A stretch of DNA of 41,092 bases. Source: a virus (taxonomy: Duplodnaviria > Caudoviricetes). A program made the translations under genes and the position numbers. Below the pieces are notes generated by a model, which saw nothing but the letters and a program-made list of their open reading frames with translations, was not told the origin of the DNA and ran no database searches. How positions within the stretch are numbered: the first letter of the stretch is position 1; each line of letters begins with the position of its first letter. This document shows, in pieces, positions 18,177-27,587 of this stretch. The stretch is taken from IMG/VR virus record IMGVR_UViG_3300032250_000406, positions 1 through 41,092 of that record. One strand, given 5' to 3'.

Positions 18177-20461
18177 TATGGGGATACTCCATGACAAGTT
18201 AAAAATGCGTTTAAGGCTGTCGGCGTTGCGCCCGATGTATTGTAAGTTAAATATGTTATTGAAGACGTTGTGGGGTTTGTAACAATGTACCCATTTCTTG
18301 CGGCTCCAGAAGCTCCCATAACAGTCAATTGGCAGAATGGATCTGAAGCAAATATTCCAGCGTTAAAGTTACAAGTATAGACGTTAGTTGATGCTACAGT
18401 ACAAGAACCACTAATAAAATCTCCAAGCTCTGAAACTATGGTTCCGGCTGCTCCAATAAAGGCACTATACACAACACCTTTAGTAACTCCCGGAGTCCTT
18501 AAGTTCTGGTCACTAGCAACAGCTTTCGCAGTTTTACCAATGTAGTCAACGCCTTGTTTTTGGCAGATGATATTCCATTGAGAACTTTGAACTCCATTTG
18601 ATGTATTTCTCAAAAAAGCGTTTATGCTAGTAGCAGAAAGTATTTGGAGTTGTGCAGTATTAGGAGATCCAACAACTCCCTCCGTTGTTGCTGTGCAATT
18701 AGGGGCAACTGTAAATATACCTGTTTTTACAGTACAGTTATAAGTCCCCGTTGTAGGGTTGGAGCAATTTCCGCTCAGCCAATCAATATTCTCTTCAACT
18801 ACTGTTCCCGTAATAGTTACCTTAGCACTAAAGGTATCAGTACACTCTAGAGTATTAGTACATGATTCTAAACCATTGAATTGTCCTATGATTATGTTAG
18901 ATTGCTGCCACTCATTGACTGGTACCTCAAAACTATAATCATAATAATCCCCTGAAGCAATGACAACAGGATCGGACGCTGTTGAGCAAGTATAATTTAA
19001 ACTTTGAGGGTTAGTTCCTGTATTTGTTACTGGATAAGAAATCCTAACTGAGTTAGTTAAACCAACTAGGGTGTTAGTATCCATTTTCACGTACCTAGCA
19101 GCACTCGAATCTAAAAACACTGCATCTCCAAGAATTTCAGAATCAGATGACGCTAAAGTTAAATTTTCAGGAAGACCAATTTTAGGGCATGTAAATGCTG
19201 ATGAAGCGCCTGTAAAAGTAATTCTACCTTTTACGTGTAATCTATTTCCCTGTCTTCCATAAGTTGCAGTAGATGTAAAATTAGATAATGCTCCAGTGTC
19301 AGAAGTTATCGTTGGAGAGTATGTTCTGCCCCAAAAATCTGCGTTAGTTGATGAGTATACAGAACCAGAGCCAAAGTAAAGAAGTCTAAACCTTAGTTGC
19401 TGTGAAGATGTTGCGTTTGATATGTTTACGGCTCCACCAGCAGAATTTGACGCCACTACTTTAAAGGTTTTATTTTGCGTTGTTGGGTTGTTAAATGAAT
19501 AGAAAAGTCTTGGTGATGGGGTTACTACGTTATCCATTCCAACTTGATAGTGACCTTTTACTGTTGTCCCATCTGAAATGGCATAGGTTAGCACCGATTG
19601 AAGTGTATAGTTACCAACAAGCTCAACCTCTAACAAATAGTTCCCTGCTGGAAGATTGTTAATTGTTTGTTGTGGCAAGTCTGCGTCTGTTGTTTGCCAT
19701 TGACCCATGGAACTCATTTCTATTGTAGGGCCAGGACAGGCGGCGGTTGCAGTAAAATCACCAATTGTGGTTGATGTTCTTGACCAGTTACAACCAGCAG
19801 TTCCGGCAAAATAGGCTTCACCAGCAATTTTTGAAGCATCAACAGTAGCCTGTAAATCAACCGCACCCACGAATGCGTCGTCAATGTAAACAGTTCCTGT
19901 AACAGCACCACTTGAAGCGATACTTATCCCATTTGATGTAGCACCTAGAATAAATGGAACCTTATAAAGACCCCACTTATTGTTTGCTACAACATCAACG
20001 CAGTTTGAAGTCGAAGTCGTACCAGCTTGTCTTGAGCATACTTTTAAAGCAACGTCAGATTTAATGCGAACGCTTACAAGCCCTTGAACTCCATCAGCAA
20101 ACTGAGCAGCGTACAAGCTAGAATCTTGTCTAAAGATTACTGTTTCAGAAGATGCATCGATTCTAACAGCTTTTTTCCCGTGAATTACGTTTGTAGTTTC
20201 TGCAGAGTCAACAGCTATTCCTGCATTTGTCCAACTTGAATCAAATGTTAAATGTTCAAAACTAGGGTTTGATAGGATGTTATTGTTTCCTGTTTCCATC
20301 AACCCATTAATTCCGCCTAGGTTGGTTACAAGATTGTTGGGGGCTTGAAGGACGTTAGAATAAAGAGTCGTACTTTGATGTTGCCCTTTAAATCCGTAAG
20401 GAGCAACTGCTAGAGCGTTAAGAAAATAAAAAAGTGTAAATAAGATAACTAATATTTTCAT
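18176..20461 (-). CDS. Tail fibre/receptor-binding-like protein with N-terminal signal peptide, CBM-like domain and Cys-paired repeats
   Basis: MKILVILFTLFYFLNALA signal peptide; NILSNPSFE CBM4/9-like start; two C-terminal F/YSA...G.C...Y.C...GIF...P.C repeats; followed by a chaperone gene. Confidence 0.75.
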   Translation of the reverse strand: MKILVILFTLFYFLNALAVAPYGFKGQHQSTTLYSNVLQAPNNLVTNLGGINGLMETGNNNILSNPSFEHLTFDSSWTNAGIAVDSAETTNVIHGKKAVRIDASSETVIFRQDSSLYAAQFADGVQGLVSVRIKSDVALKVCSRQAGTTSTSNCVDVVANNKWGLYKVPFILGATSNGISIASSGAVTGTVYIDDAFVGAVDLQATVDASKIAGEAYFAGTAGCNWSRTSTTIGDFTATAACPGPTIEMSSMGQWQTTDADLPQQTINNLPAGNYLLEVELVGNYTLQSVLTYAISDGTTVKGHYQVGMDNVVTPSPRLFYSFNNPTTQNKTFKVVASNSAGGAVNISNATSSQQLRFRLLYFGSGSVYSSTNADFWGRTYSPTITSDTGALSNFTSTATYGRQGNRLHVKGRITFTGASSAFTCPKIGLPENLTLASSDSEILGDAVFLDSSAARYVKMDTNTLVGLTNSVRISYPVTNTGTNPQSLNYTCSTASDPVVIASGDYYDYSFEVPVNEWQQSNIIIGQFNGLESCTNTLECTDTFSAKVTITGTVVEENIDWLSGNCSNPTTGTYNCTVKTGIFTVAPNCTATTEGVVGSPNTAQLQILSATSINAFLRNTSNGVQSSQWNIICQKQGVDYIGKTAKAVASDQNLRTPGVTKGVVYSAFIGAAGTIVSELGDFISGSCTVASTNVYTCNFNAGIFASDPFCQLTVMGASGAARNGYIVTNPTTSSITYLTYNTSGATPTALNAFLTCHGVSP

Positions 20462-21948
20462 TATACTACCTCGATAATTTCTACAACCTGAGCTGCTGTG
20501 TCGCTGATTAGGTAATAATCTGAAGCATCCAATTCAAACTCAAGTCTATCAGGCCCAATAATCTCAAGTCCTGAGGAAATTGTCACTGAAGAAGAGCCTA
20601 AGTAGATTGCTCCTGTGTTGTTCTTAGAAGGCTTAATCATAAGCTTCTTACGAGCCGCTCCCGGAGCTGACCCAGAAACAGTAGCCCTGACAGCGGTCAA
20701 CCCAACAGTTTTTTGAATATTTGTGATTGTTCCGCTAGATGTTCCCGGTGTTACGCCGATTGCAACTTGATCCGAAGCAAGAACAACCGATAGAGAAGCC
20801 GCTGATGTTTTAGTCCCAATTGAAGTAGGAAATAATGCAGTCAATGTTCCAAGGGCTGTCGTTTGTGTTTGCTGTTCTGCGAGTGTAGAGCCACCAGTAG
20901 GAAGAACCGAGTTTGTTACGTGAACAACTTGCCTACCAGTGTTTTCAACAAGTATATGTCTTGCCGTTCCTGCTCCTGTATGCCCCATTGTAACTACACC
21001 GTGAGAAGGCTGTGCGCCTCCTTCTGTAGCAATTGTGTTAGGAATGTTCGTAGTATTAGTGTTAATGCTAGATAAAGAAGAATTTCCAGTATCTTGTTTT
21101 GCTGTTGTGGCAAAATCCTTAGCGTTTAAAGTAGTAAATTTTCCATCAATACTAGAAAGGCTTGTATTTCCAGTATCTTGTTTTGCAGATGTAGCAAAAT
21201 CCTTAGCATTTAATGTGGTAAATTTACCATCAATAGAACTTAAAGTTGAATTAGCTGACGATAAAGTCGCTTGAGTAGCAAAATCTTTAGCATTTAATGT
21301 GGTAAATTTACCATCGATAGAGCTGAGGGATGAGTTACCCGTATCTTGTTTTGCCGAAGTGGCAAAGTCTTTAGCGTTTAATGTTGTGAATTTCCCATCG
21401 ATAGAGCTTAAAGAAGCCTGTGCAATTAGGTTCTCAGTAGGTAAAAGCCTACTGTTTGCTGGAGTGAAAGTATCTTTTGATACGTCATAAGCAAGACCAT
21501 CAATTAAAAATTGAATAGGAGCAGGAGAAATAGAGACCTGAGGATTTCCATTAGAGTCTGCTATAGCCGATACCCAGCCGTATACAATACAAGTATCACT
21601 GCCTTTTTCTGGCTTGGTTTCAGAAATAGGAAGAACTAGTAAATTGTCTGAATCGACTATAGAAATAACTTCAAATTCAAAATTAGGTAACGTGGAGTCA
21701 AACATTAATCGAACTATTCCGCCAACCTGAGCTGAATGTCCTGAAATAAGAAGCTGCCAAAATTCTACTTGTCCGTTAGCACCTAAAACATCGGTTACGC
21801 CGTCTATTACAGTTTCTATATTTGTTACAGCATATAAAGATTTATGTACTACAGGCTCTGCATACGAGTTACTTCCAGTAGAATGAATTGTTTTGAATTG
21901 GGCTTTGCCCTTTTTCTTTTGGTTACTATAACCTTGTTCTGTAGCCAT
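20461..21948 (-). CDS. Virion fibre/whisker-like protein with 28-aa tandem repeats
   Basis: 495 aa; AAGGAGGAGG RBS; C-terminal RKKLMIKP...N.GAIYLG domain. Confidence 0.8.
   Translation of the reverse strand: MATEQGYSNQKKKGKAQFKTIHSTGSNSYAEPVVHKSLYAVTNIETVIDGVTDVLGANGQVEFWQLLISGHSAQVGGIVRLMFDSTLPNFEFEVISIVDSDNLLVLPISETKPEKGSDTCIVYGWVSAIADSNGNPQVSISPAPIQFLIDGLAYDVSKDTFTPANSRLLPTENLIAQASLSSIDGKFTTLNAKDFATSAKQDTGNSSLSSIDGKFTTLNAKDFATQATLSSANSTLSSIDGKFTTLNAKDFATSAKQDTGNTSLSSIDGKFTTLNAKDFATTAKQDTGNSSLSSINTNTTNIPNTIATEGGAQPSHGVVTMGHTGAGTARHILVENTGRQVVHVTNSVLPTGGSTLAEQQTQTTALGTLTALFPTSIGTKTSAASLSVVLASDQVAIGVTPGTSSGTITNIQKTVGLTAVRATVSGSAPGAARKKLMIKPSKNNTGAIYLGSSSVTISSGLEIIGPDRLEFELDASDYYLISDTAAQVVEIIEVV
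21061..21414 (-). repeat. 4 x 84-bp coding tandem repeat plus a partial copy (SLSSIDGKFTTLNAKDFATSAKQDTGNS)
   Basis: Visible in protein and DNA; full units span 21079..21414. Confidence 0.95.
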
Positions 21949-21981
21949 GGTCTCCTCCTCCTTAAGGGGTATCTAAGTATC

Positions 21982-22004
21982 AAAAAGAGGGGCCGAAGCC
22001 CCTC
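21982..22004 (-). terminator. Rho-independent terminator
   Basis: Minus strand GAGGGGC-TTCG-GCCCCTC-TTTTT. Confidence 0.9.
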
Positions 22005-22013
22005 AGAATTTAA

Positions 22014-22373
22014 TTAAAAGAAGTATGAAAGTTGGTCAGCCCACTGAAGTTGGATGTTGAAATCAACATCTTTAGCAACAGGAGAAGCAGCAACAGACTT
22101 AGCTAAAACTGTGATTGAATCAACAGTAGAAGCAGTTACTTGGATTGTAGAATCAGCAGTCAAAAGAACTAGACCTGAGCAAAATGGAGCGATTTTAGCT
22201 GGTTCTTTGAAGTTGATTTTGTAGTTACCAGTGCCTAGATCTTGAACTGAGCTTACGAAAAAAGCATCAGGGCCAGAAGCAACTGGAGTAGTAGCTGTTC
22301 CATTAACAGATAAGTTCAACTGAACTTGACCTACTTGGCGACATTGAAGATTGCGTTTTAGTGAATTGATCAT
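22014..22373 (-). CDS. Probable capsid decoration/minor structural beta-protein
   Basis: 119 aa from MINSLK; VQDLGTGNYKINF motif; codon bias resembles the capsid gene; directly downstream of it. Confidence 0.75.
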   Translation of the reverse strand: MINSLKRNLQCRQVGQVQLNLSVNGTATTPVASGPDAFFVSSVQDLGTGNYKINFKEPAKIAPFCSGLVLLTADSTIQVTASTVDSITVLAKSVAASPVAKDVDFNIQLQWADQLSYFF

Positions 22374-22521
22374 TTTTTTCTCTCTTGTAACCCCACGGAG
22401 GGAAGGCATAATTGCCTTAAAATCATTTTATCTGCATTCAAGGATTTGGCAAGAAGAAACGGTGACTCAAGTACATCCATGTTCCCTTGCCACCGCCGAA
22501 GGAGTAGGGAGGAAGCCCTAC
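22374..22521 (-). ncRNA. Candidate structured leader/small RNA between capsid terminator and decoration gene
   Basis: Hairpin GUAGGG-CUUCCU-CCCUAC, two alternative long stems, AAGGCA/UGCCUU hairpin; putative promoter immediately upstream. Confidence 0.45.
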
Positions 22522-22527
22522 AATTTT

Positions 22528-22556
22528 AGTATTGCGTTGATTTGGATAGATGTAAA
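22528..22556 (-). promoter_or_regulatory. Putative sigma70-type promoter TTTACA-N17-AATACT
   Basis: -35 at 22556-22551, -10 at 22533-22528; predicted +1 near G22521, the first base of a hairpin. Confidence 0.4.
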
Positions 22557-22557
22557 T

Positions 22558-22583
22558 AAAAAAGGGCACCCCGAAAGGTGCCC
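22558..22583 (-). terminator. Rho-independent terminator after major capsid gene
   Basis: Minus strand GGGCACCT-TTCG-GGGTGCCC-TTTTTT. Confidence 0.9.
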
Positions 22584-22608
22584 CGAATTGTACTTTATAA
22601 AGTACAGA

Positions 22609-23880
22609 TTACTTAGCGAGGTTGAAAAGTACGCCGTGAGCAGATGGAGTAATGAAGTTCTCCATGTATGCGCCGTAACGTGCTTCAAGAACGTCTTCGT
22701 CAACTGTACGAAGGAATACAGTTTTGTCGTCTTGGAACCATTCAGCTCCGCCCGGACGGTGGTAACGCTGGATGTATTTGTCGTTAAGGAAGAAGATTTT
22801 ATCTTCTGGGCAAAAACGATCAACGAAGATACCAACTGCTCCAGAAGTACCCATGTACTCAACACCAGAGAAACCAAGGTGGCCTTTTACGTTTTTGTTC
22901 GGAAGGTTATAACGCTTTTGATCTTCTAATTGAGCAAGGATCTTGCGGTATTGGTTGTAGTTACAGATGATCATGTTAGGAGCTTCGCCGAAAGCTTGTT
23001 CAACTTGAAGCATAACATCGTTCATCATGTCTACTACGATACCAGAAGCACTAGCATCAACCTGAGTTGCTTGCCAACGTCTTTGAACAGTTAAGCCGTA
23101 AAGAGTTCCAGATGTAGCCATAAGTACACCAGAAAGACCTTGAGCTTCTGCAAGGTAAGAACGCTGAGGAACTAGACCTGAAGTAGTTTGGAAAGCACCC
23201 GGAGCAGCTACTCGAGCAGCTAGAACTGGAGAAGTACCAACAAGGCTGATAGCACGAGTGGCTTTGTTAACTGCAGAGATAGTAAGAAGGTTAGTAACAG
23301 CGTCTCCTCCTTCAGCAGAACCACCGAGGTTGTTACCAGCGTTAAGACCAGTTACAACTTGAACGATAGACTTTTCTTCGAAGTTAGCAATGTTCCAGTC
23401 AGAAGCGCGTAGAACAACAACGTATGGAGATGCAGTTGTACCAGCACCAGTTACGTTTGTAGCACCATCACCGCGACCAAGAACACCTGTTCCGTCACTG
23501 AAAAGGATACGAGACATGTTACGCATGTAGTCTTCAACTGTCTTCTTAACAGGGAAAGCCAAATAAGTTTGGAATGCACCTTTAGAAGAAGAAGCAGCTT
23601 TAAGACCTTCACGATCTACGAAAACACGAGAGTAGTGCTTCTTAGCAGTGATAACAGCCTGTTCTACAAGAGAAGGGTTACCCTGAGGAAGAAGTTTAGC
23701 ACCGTAGCCACCAGCGAATGAAAGCTGAGTTTCTACGTTCATTTGTTTACCAACGAAATCGTTAGATTTCTTGATACGGCCTTCTAATACGTTAGCAGAG
23801 TTGTACATATTAGCAGAACGGTTTTTGAAAAGTGTAAGGAACAATCCTGTTTGTTCCGCAATGCTGTATTCACCAGACAT
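22609..23880 (-). CDS. Major capsid protein (HK97 fold expected)
   Basis: 423 aa from MSGEYS (AAGGA RBS); follows the scaffold; strong codon bias; DGTG motif, D..CP and C-terminal PSAHGVLFNL. Confidence 0.9.
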   Translation of the reverse strand: MSGEYSIAEQTGLFLTLFKNRSANMYNSANVLEGRIKKSNDFVGKQMNVETQLSFAGGYGAKLLPQGNPSLVEQAVITAKKHYSRVFVDREGLKAASSSKGAFQTYLAFPVKKTVEDYMRNMSRILFSDGTGVLGRGDGATNVTGAGTTASPYVVVLRASDWNIANFEEKSIVQVVTGLNAGNNLGGSAEGGDAVTNLLTISAVNKATRAISLVGTSPVLAARVAAPGAFQTTSGLVPQRSYLAEAQGLSGVLMATSGTLYGLTVQRRWQATQVDASASGIVVDMMNDVMLQVEQAFGEAPNMIICNYNQYRKILAQLEDQKRYNLPNKNVKGHLGFSGVEYMGTSGAVGIFVDRFCPEDKIFFLNDKYIQRYHRPGGAEWFQDDKTVFLRTVDEDVLEARYGAYMENFITPSAHGVLFNLAK

Positions 23881-23903
23881 AAAAATCCTTTTTTTAGTTA
23901 ATG

Positions 23904-25175
23904 TTATTCCCAATCATCAAAAGACTCAAACTTTGAAGTCTCTTGTTTTAAGGCTTTCTTAGCTGGGGAGTTTTGCCCCTTGCTGTAGACCTTAGTGTTT
24001 AGCTCTCTAACGTCTTCTTCAACAGAAAAGTTACGAGCAAGGATCTGTTTAATAGTGTCTGCATTTGCGTCCCCATTCCTGAGATAACGCGATAGCTCCG
24101 CTACGACATCTCCATACTTCTCTTCAGAAATGTTGTCTTCATATGGTTCGATTAGCTCTTTTACTACAGCAATATGTGGCTTCAAGCTTGCATAATCCAC
24201 AATCGCCTCAGTAGTAATGTCGTTGACATCAAGCCCCGAACTACTATAAAGCTCTTCCAATTCATCGGAAGCATCGACAAAAGCATCCTCAGTAACATTG
24301 TGAGATTGGCGAAGTGAGTTTACTTTTTGGAGGGTCTGGTTAAAAACCGCTTCCTTTTGTGTCTTCACTTGACGCTTCTTTGCTACGTTTGTGTGCAATT
24401 CGTCTTTCTTTTTATGGAAATAAAGCTCACGCTCTACTTCCGACATCTCAAGAAGGTTACTTAGTTCATCTAAGTTTGATTCCATAAGGCGTCTATATGC
24501 ATTATATGGGTCATCCCCAGATAATTCAACTAAATAAAGTAAAGAATCTAATGGGTTGCCTTCTGGATTTTTTAAAGGCTCCAAAGCAGTCTTAAGATGC
24601 GTTACAACTTCATCTCTTTGCTGTAAAAACGCTGATCTGTCGTACTCTAGTGATTTCTTTTCTTTGCCAAGTTCAGTAAACTTTTTGTCCCAAGCAGTCT
24701 TGCCTGAGTAGTTATTGATAAGCTCTTGAAGAGGTACGTCTACATTTTCTCCGTCCACTTTGACTTTAAATGATGCGTCTGAGTCTACATTGAATAGTTC
24801 GTCACCCATGCGCATACGGAGTTTTTTAGTATCCTTCTTCTCCTGCTCTGTTTTCTCTTTTACTTCTTCAAGTTCTTCTTCGGATTCTTCTTCGGACTCT
24901 TCTTCTTCGGATTCTTCTTCCTCGCCATCTTCTGAATCATCCTTTACTCCTTTCTCAGACTTTTTATCGTCCTTAATTACCTTACCTTCGCTGTCGGCTT
25001 GGGAATCTTTGATCACTTTAAGATCTTCAGATACTTTTTCCTTTGCCTGTGGCTCTGGTTTTGACCAATCGTCATCTGCCGCTTCTGCCTCATCTGCGAT
25101 ATCTTCGAAATTATCGAAGGTCTCAAAAGATGCGTCATTTGACTCTGGTGCCGATTCTGTTGCTGCGAAACTCAT
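23904..25175 (-). CDS. Capsid scaffolding protein
   Basis: Very acidic N-terminus, FKVKVDGENVDVPLQELINNYS motif, coiled coils; located between portal and capsid. Confidence 0.85.
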   Translation of the reverse strand: MSFAATESAPESNDASFETFDNFEDIADEAEAADDDWSKPEPQAKEKVSEDLKVIKDSQADSEGKVIKDDKKSEKGVKDDSEDGEEEESEEEESEEESEEELEEVKEKTEQEKKDTKKLRMRMGDELFNVDSDASFKVKVDGENVDVPLQELINNYSGKTAWDKKFTELGKEKKSLEYDRSAFLQQRDEVVTHLKTALEPLKNPEGNPLDSLLYLVELSGDDPYNAYRRLMESNLDELSNLLEMSEVERELYFHKKKDELHTNVAKKRQVKTQKEAVFNQTLQKVNSLRQSHNVTEDAFVDASDELEELYSSSGLDVNDITTEAIVDYASLKPHIAVVKELIEPYEDNISEEKYGDVVAELSRYLRNGDANADTIKQILARNFSVEEDVRELNTKVYSKGQNSPAKKALKQETSKFESFDDWE

Positions 25176-27292
25176 TACATTTCTCCCTGTTGTTTTAATT
25201 CGGCATCAACTTGCTTCATTGCATTAGACGGTTCTAATGTCGAAGATTGTGCCTCTGGATTCATAGGTTGTGATAGTGCTGGATTTTGCATAGCGGATAC
25301 TGCTGGAGGAGTAAATACCATAGGGAACTTAGGAAATAGTGACATTTCCTGAGCAAATCTAGGATTCTTTATTGATTTCTCATACGCAAGCATCTCAATC
25401 GCCATTATGTAGTCTAGGATCATTTGTTTTGTTTCTGCACGAAGAATAAATTTGTACTCAGGAGACTCTACAAATCTAGAAAATACTCCGTAGAATTCTA
25501 CAAGTCCGTCAGTGCCTTCAGGAGCTGGAGCCATCTCTCCATTCATAATCATATCAAGGCATTGCTTGGCAGTGTCGATAGAGTATGTGACTTCGTCTTG
25601 GAATGCTTCGACTAGGTTTAGTCCTAGAATGCGGATCATTTCTTTTTTGCCAAAGAGAGGATCTTTTTGGTTAGCGGTGTTAAGATCCACGATATCTGCC
25701 ATACGACCAGCACGACTAGAGGATAGAACTGAATCATTTTCAATACGAATATCATAAATTAGATTGAAGTCAAACTTCTTGAAAGATTGCATTAAATAAC
25801 TGTTATTAGATCCTAAGATACGAGACATACGACCGTCATCAGGCGAATAATACTGAGCCATTCTTAATACTGTCTTTCTGTAAAGATCGAGAACTCGTTG
25901 CTTTCTGTTATCCGATGTTACTGCCATGGCTTGGAACTGTTGATCTTCCAAAAGTCTCATTGCCTGAGCTGCAGTTACACCTTGAGGTACGTTACCACGA
26001 GAGATATCAAACAAACGACCAAGCTTACCAGCACGTTGAGATATGAGATTAGATAAATCAATCTCCCCCCTGTTAACATAGTTATGTTGAAGGACTTGTG
26101 GGGGAACTCCACCACGGTAAGCGATAGAACCAAACTCATTGTTAAGGGACTGTTTATCAACAGTGCCTTCTGGATAAACGTACTTAGGTGCATTCAGTAC
26201 TCCGTGGTTTCTAGCAATTCCAGACCAAATTGAGTTATTCATTCTGTAAAATTGCTCGATGTTGATGATAAACGGACGACCCCAGAACTCATCCATGCAT
26301 TCGATGTCTCTGTCTTCAACAAACGGAAGTTCTTTGTCCTTGTAAGGAAAATCAATCCATTCTAGGATTAGATCCTCACAATAGATAATTCTACATCCTT
26401 CAGGAAAGTGCTTAGTAGGCTTGTGCCAAAAGCATCGTACCATGACCATGTTTTCTGGGATTGAAAGGTCGGATGCAGACATATCCCACATAACGTGCGC
26501 GTTTTCTTTGATCTTGCCTTTAGCTTTCGGATAATCGGCTTCAACTTCTTGTTTAAATTTCCATTGGATCGTTTCAAAATAGTCACAGTCCTTGATTGAT
26601 TTTTTAGTTTCTTCTGGGAAACAAGTATACGGAAGAAGTGGTTTAATTTCTACGTCACCTAGGCGCATTTCTTCGTCAGTAATGTATTTGCCTTCGAGGA
26701 CTATACCAGTCTCTAGGTCTACTTTAGGGACTTTGCCTCCGTATTGTTTTTTCTTAGCTTCATACTTAGGATTCAATGGCCCTATGTCTTCGTTCCAACA
26801 AACTTCAGAAATAGTATGTCCCATGAGGAACATGATACGATCCATCTTGCTAATAAGACGGTCAAACTTCATTTCTTCCATACGAGACTGACAAAGGATC
26901 TTACACGCCTTGGCGTTGTTGATGTCGTCTTGGTCAAAGTATGACTGAGGAATAAATGCTACTTTAGCTGTAGACTTAGAGATCTCCGCAGTCTTCTGAT
27001 CCACAAGATCCCAGACTAAGTTGTCACGAAGCTTAGGCTTTTTAGACGAACCTGGGACATAGCGAGTATTAGTCTTAGTAAGTCCATCCCCATGCTCTTC
27101 GGATACGTTTTTGTACATCTGAATGTATCTTCTGTACATTATAAATCTTTGGAAAGAGCCTTCGTATACTCGACGGAATCTTTCGTTAAGCCATTCCAAA
27201 GTACCTTCTTCAGTTTTTTCTTCTCGAAATTGAAATGGAATTACTTCAGCGGTAGATTTAAGATTATCTAGGTCTTCAAATGTTTCAAACAT
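25175..27292 (-). CDS. Portal protein (P22-like size)
   Basis: 705 aa downstream of TerL; ELPFV...FWGRP and SRGNVPQGVTAAQA motifs; Pro/Gln-rich tail. Confidence 0.88.
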   Translation of the reverse strand: MFETFEDLDNLKSTAEVIPFQFREEKTEEGTLEWLNERFRRVYEGSFQRFIMYRRYIQMYKNVSEEHGDGLTKTNTRYVPGSSKKPKLRDNLVWDLVDQKTAEISKSTAKVAFIPQSYFDQDDINNAKACKILCQSRMEEMKFDRLISKMDRIMFLMGHTISEVCWNEDIGPLNPKYEAKKKQYGGKVPKVDLETGIVLEGKYITDEEMRLGDVEIKPLLPYTCFPEETKKSIKDCDYFETIQWKFKQEVEADYPKAKGKIKENAHVMWDMSASDLSIPENMVMVRCFWHKPTKHFPEGCRIIYCEDLILEWIDFPYKDKELPFVEDRDIECMDEFWGRPFIINIEQFYRMNNSIWSGIARNHGVLNAPKYVYPEGTVDKQSLNNEFGSIAYRGGVPPQVLQHNYVNRGEIDLSNLISQRAGKLGRLFDISRGNVPQGVTAAQAMRLLEDQQFQAMAVTSDNRKQRVLDLYRKTVLRMAQYYSPDDGRMSRILGSNNSYLMQSFKKFDFNLIYDIRIENDSVLSSSRAGRMADIVDLNTANQKDPLFGKKEMIRILGLNLVEAFQDEVTYSIDTAKQCLDMIMNGEMAPAPEGTDGLVEFYGVFSRFVESPEYKFILRAETKQMILDYIMAIEMLAYEKSIKNPRFAQEMSLFPKFPMVFTPPAVSAMQNPALSQPMNPEAQSSTLEPSNAMKQVDAELKQQGEM

Positions 27293-27302
27293 GAGTTATC
27301 CT

Positions 27303-27587
27303 TTAAAAATTATTTGTTTCAAGTATGTCTGCTAAAGGATCTTGATCCTTTTGCTTTTTTCCCTTACGTTGTAAGTTTAAGGCTTCTTCAAGGATTTTGC
27401 TATCCTCATCATCAATAGTTTTTACTTCCTCTTCAGATTCTTTGAACGGATCGTGAATTTGTAGAGGCTTCCACTCAATTTTGTGGGTAGACCATTTCTG
27501 CGCAAGTACAATTACAATCGCTACGAGCGAAACAAGTAGCGATAGAAATGAAAACGCAATAGCAAATAAACTAATCGTAGAACTCAT
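27303..27587 (-). CDS. Small membrane protein
   Basis: N-terminal hydrophobic helix of about 24 aa and a charged tail; GAGGAG RBS. Confidence 0.8.
   Translation of the reverse strand: MSSTISLFAIAFSFLSLLVSLVAIVIVLAQKWSTHKIEWKPLQIHDPFKESEEEVKTIDDEDSKILEEALNLQRKGKKQKDQDPLADILETNNF

Noticed and set aside
18176-18850. Diversity-generating retroelement (duplicated C-terminal domains in the fibre)
   Set aside because: No reverse transcriptase, and the two copies are diverged in-frame protein repeats rather than an adenine-specific TR/VR pair.
22584-22611. Capsid readthrough/frameshift extension
   Set aside because: The TAA stop is followed closely by a strong terminator, and no slippery site leading to a long extension was seen.
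23223-23233. GAACTGGAGAA copy antisense within the capsid gene
   Set aside because: Not in front of a plausible plus-strand gene and explained by coding (TSPV); treated as incidental.
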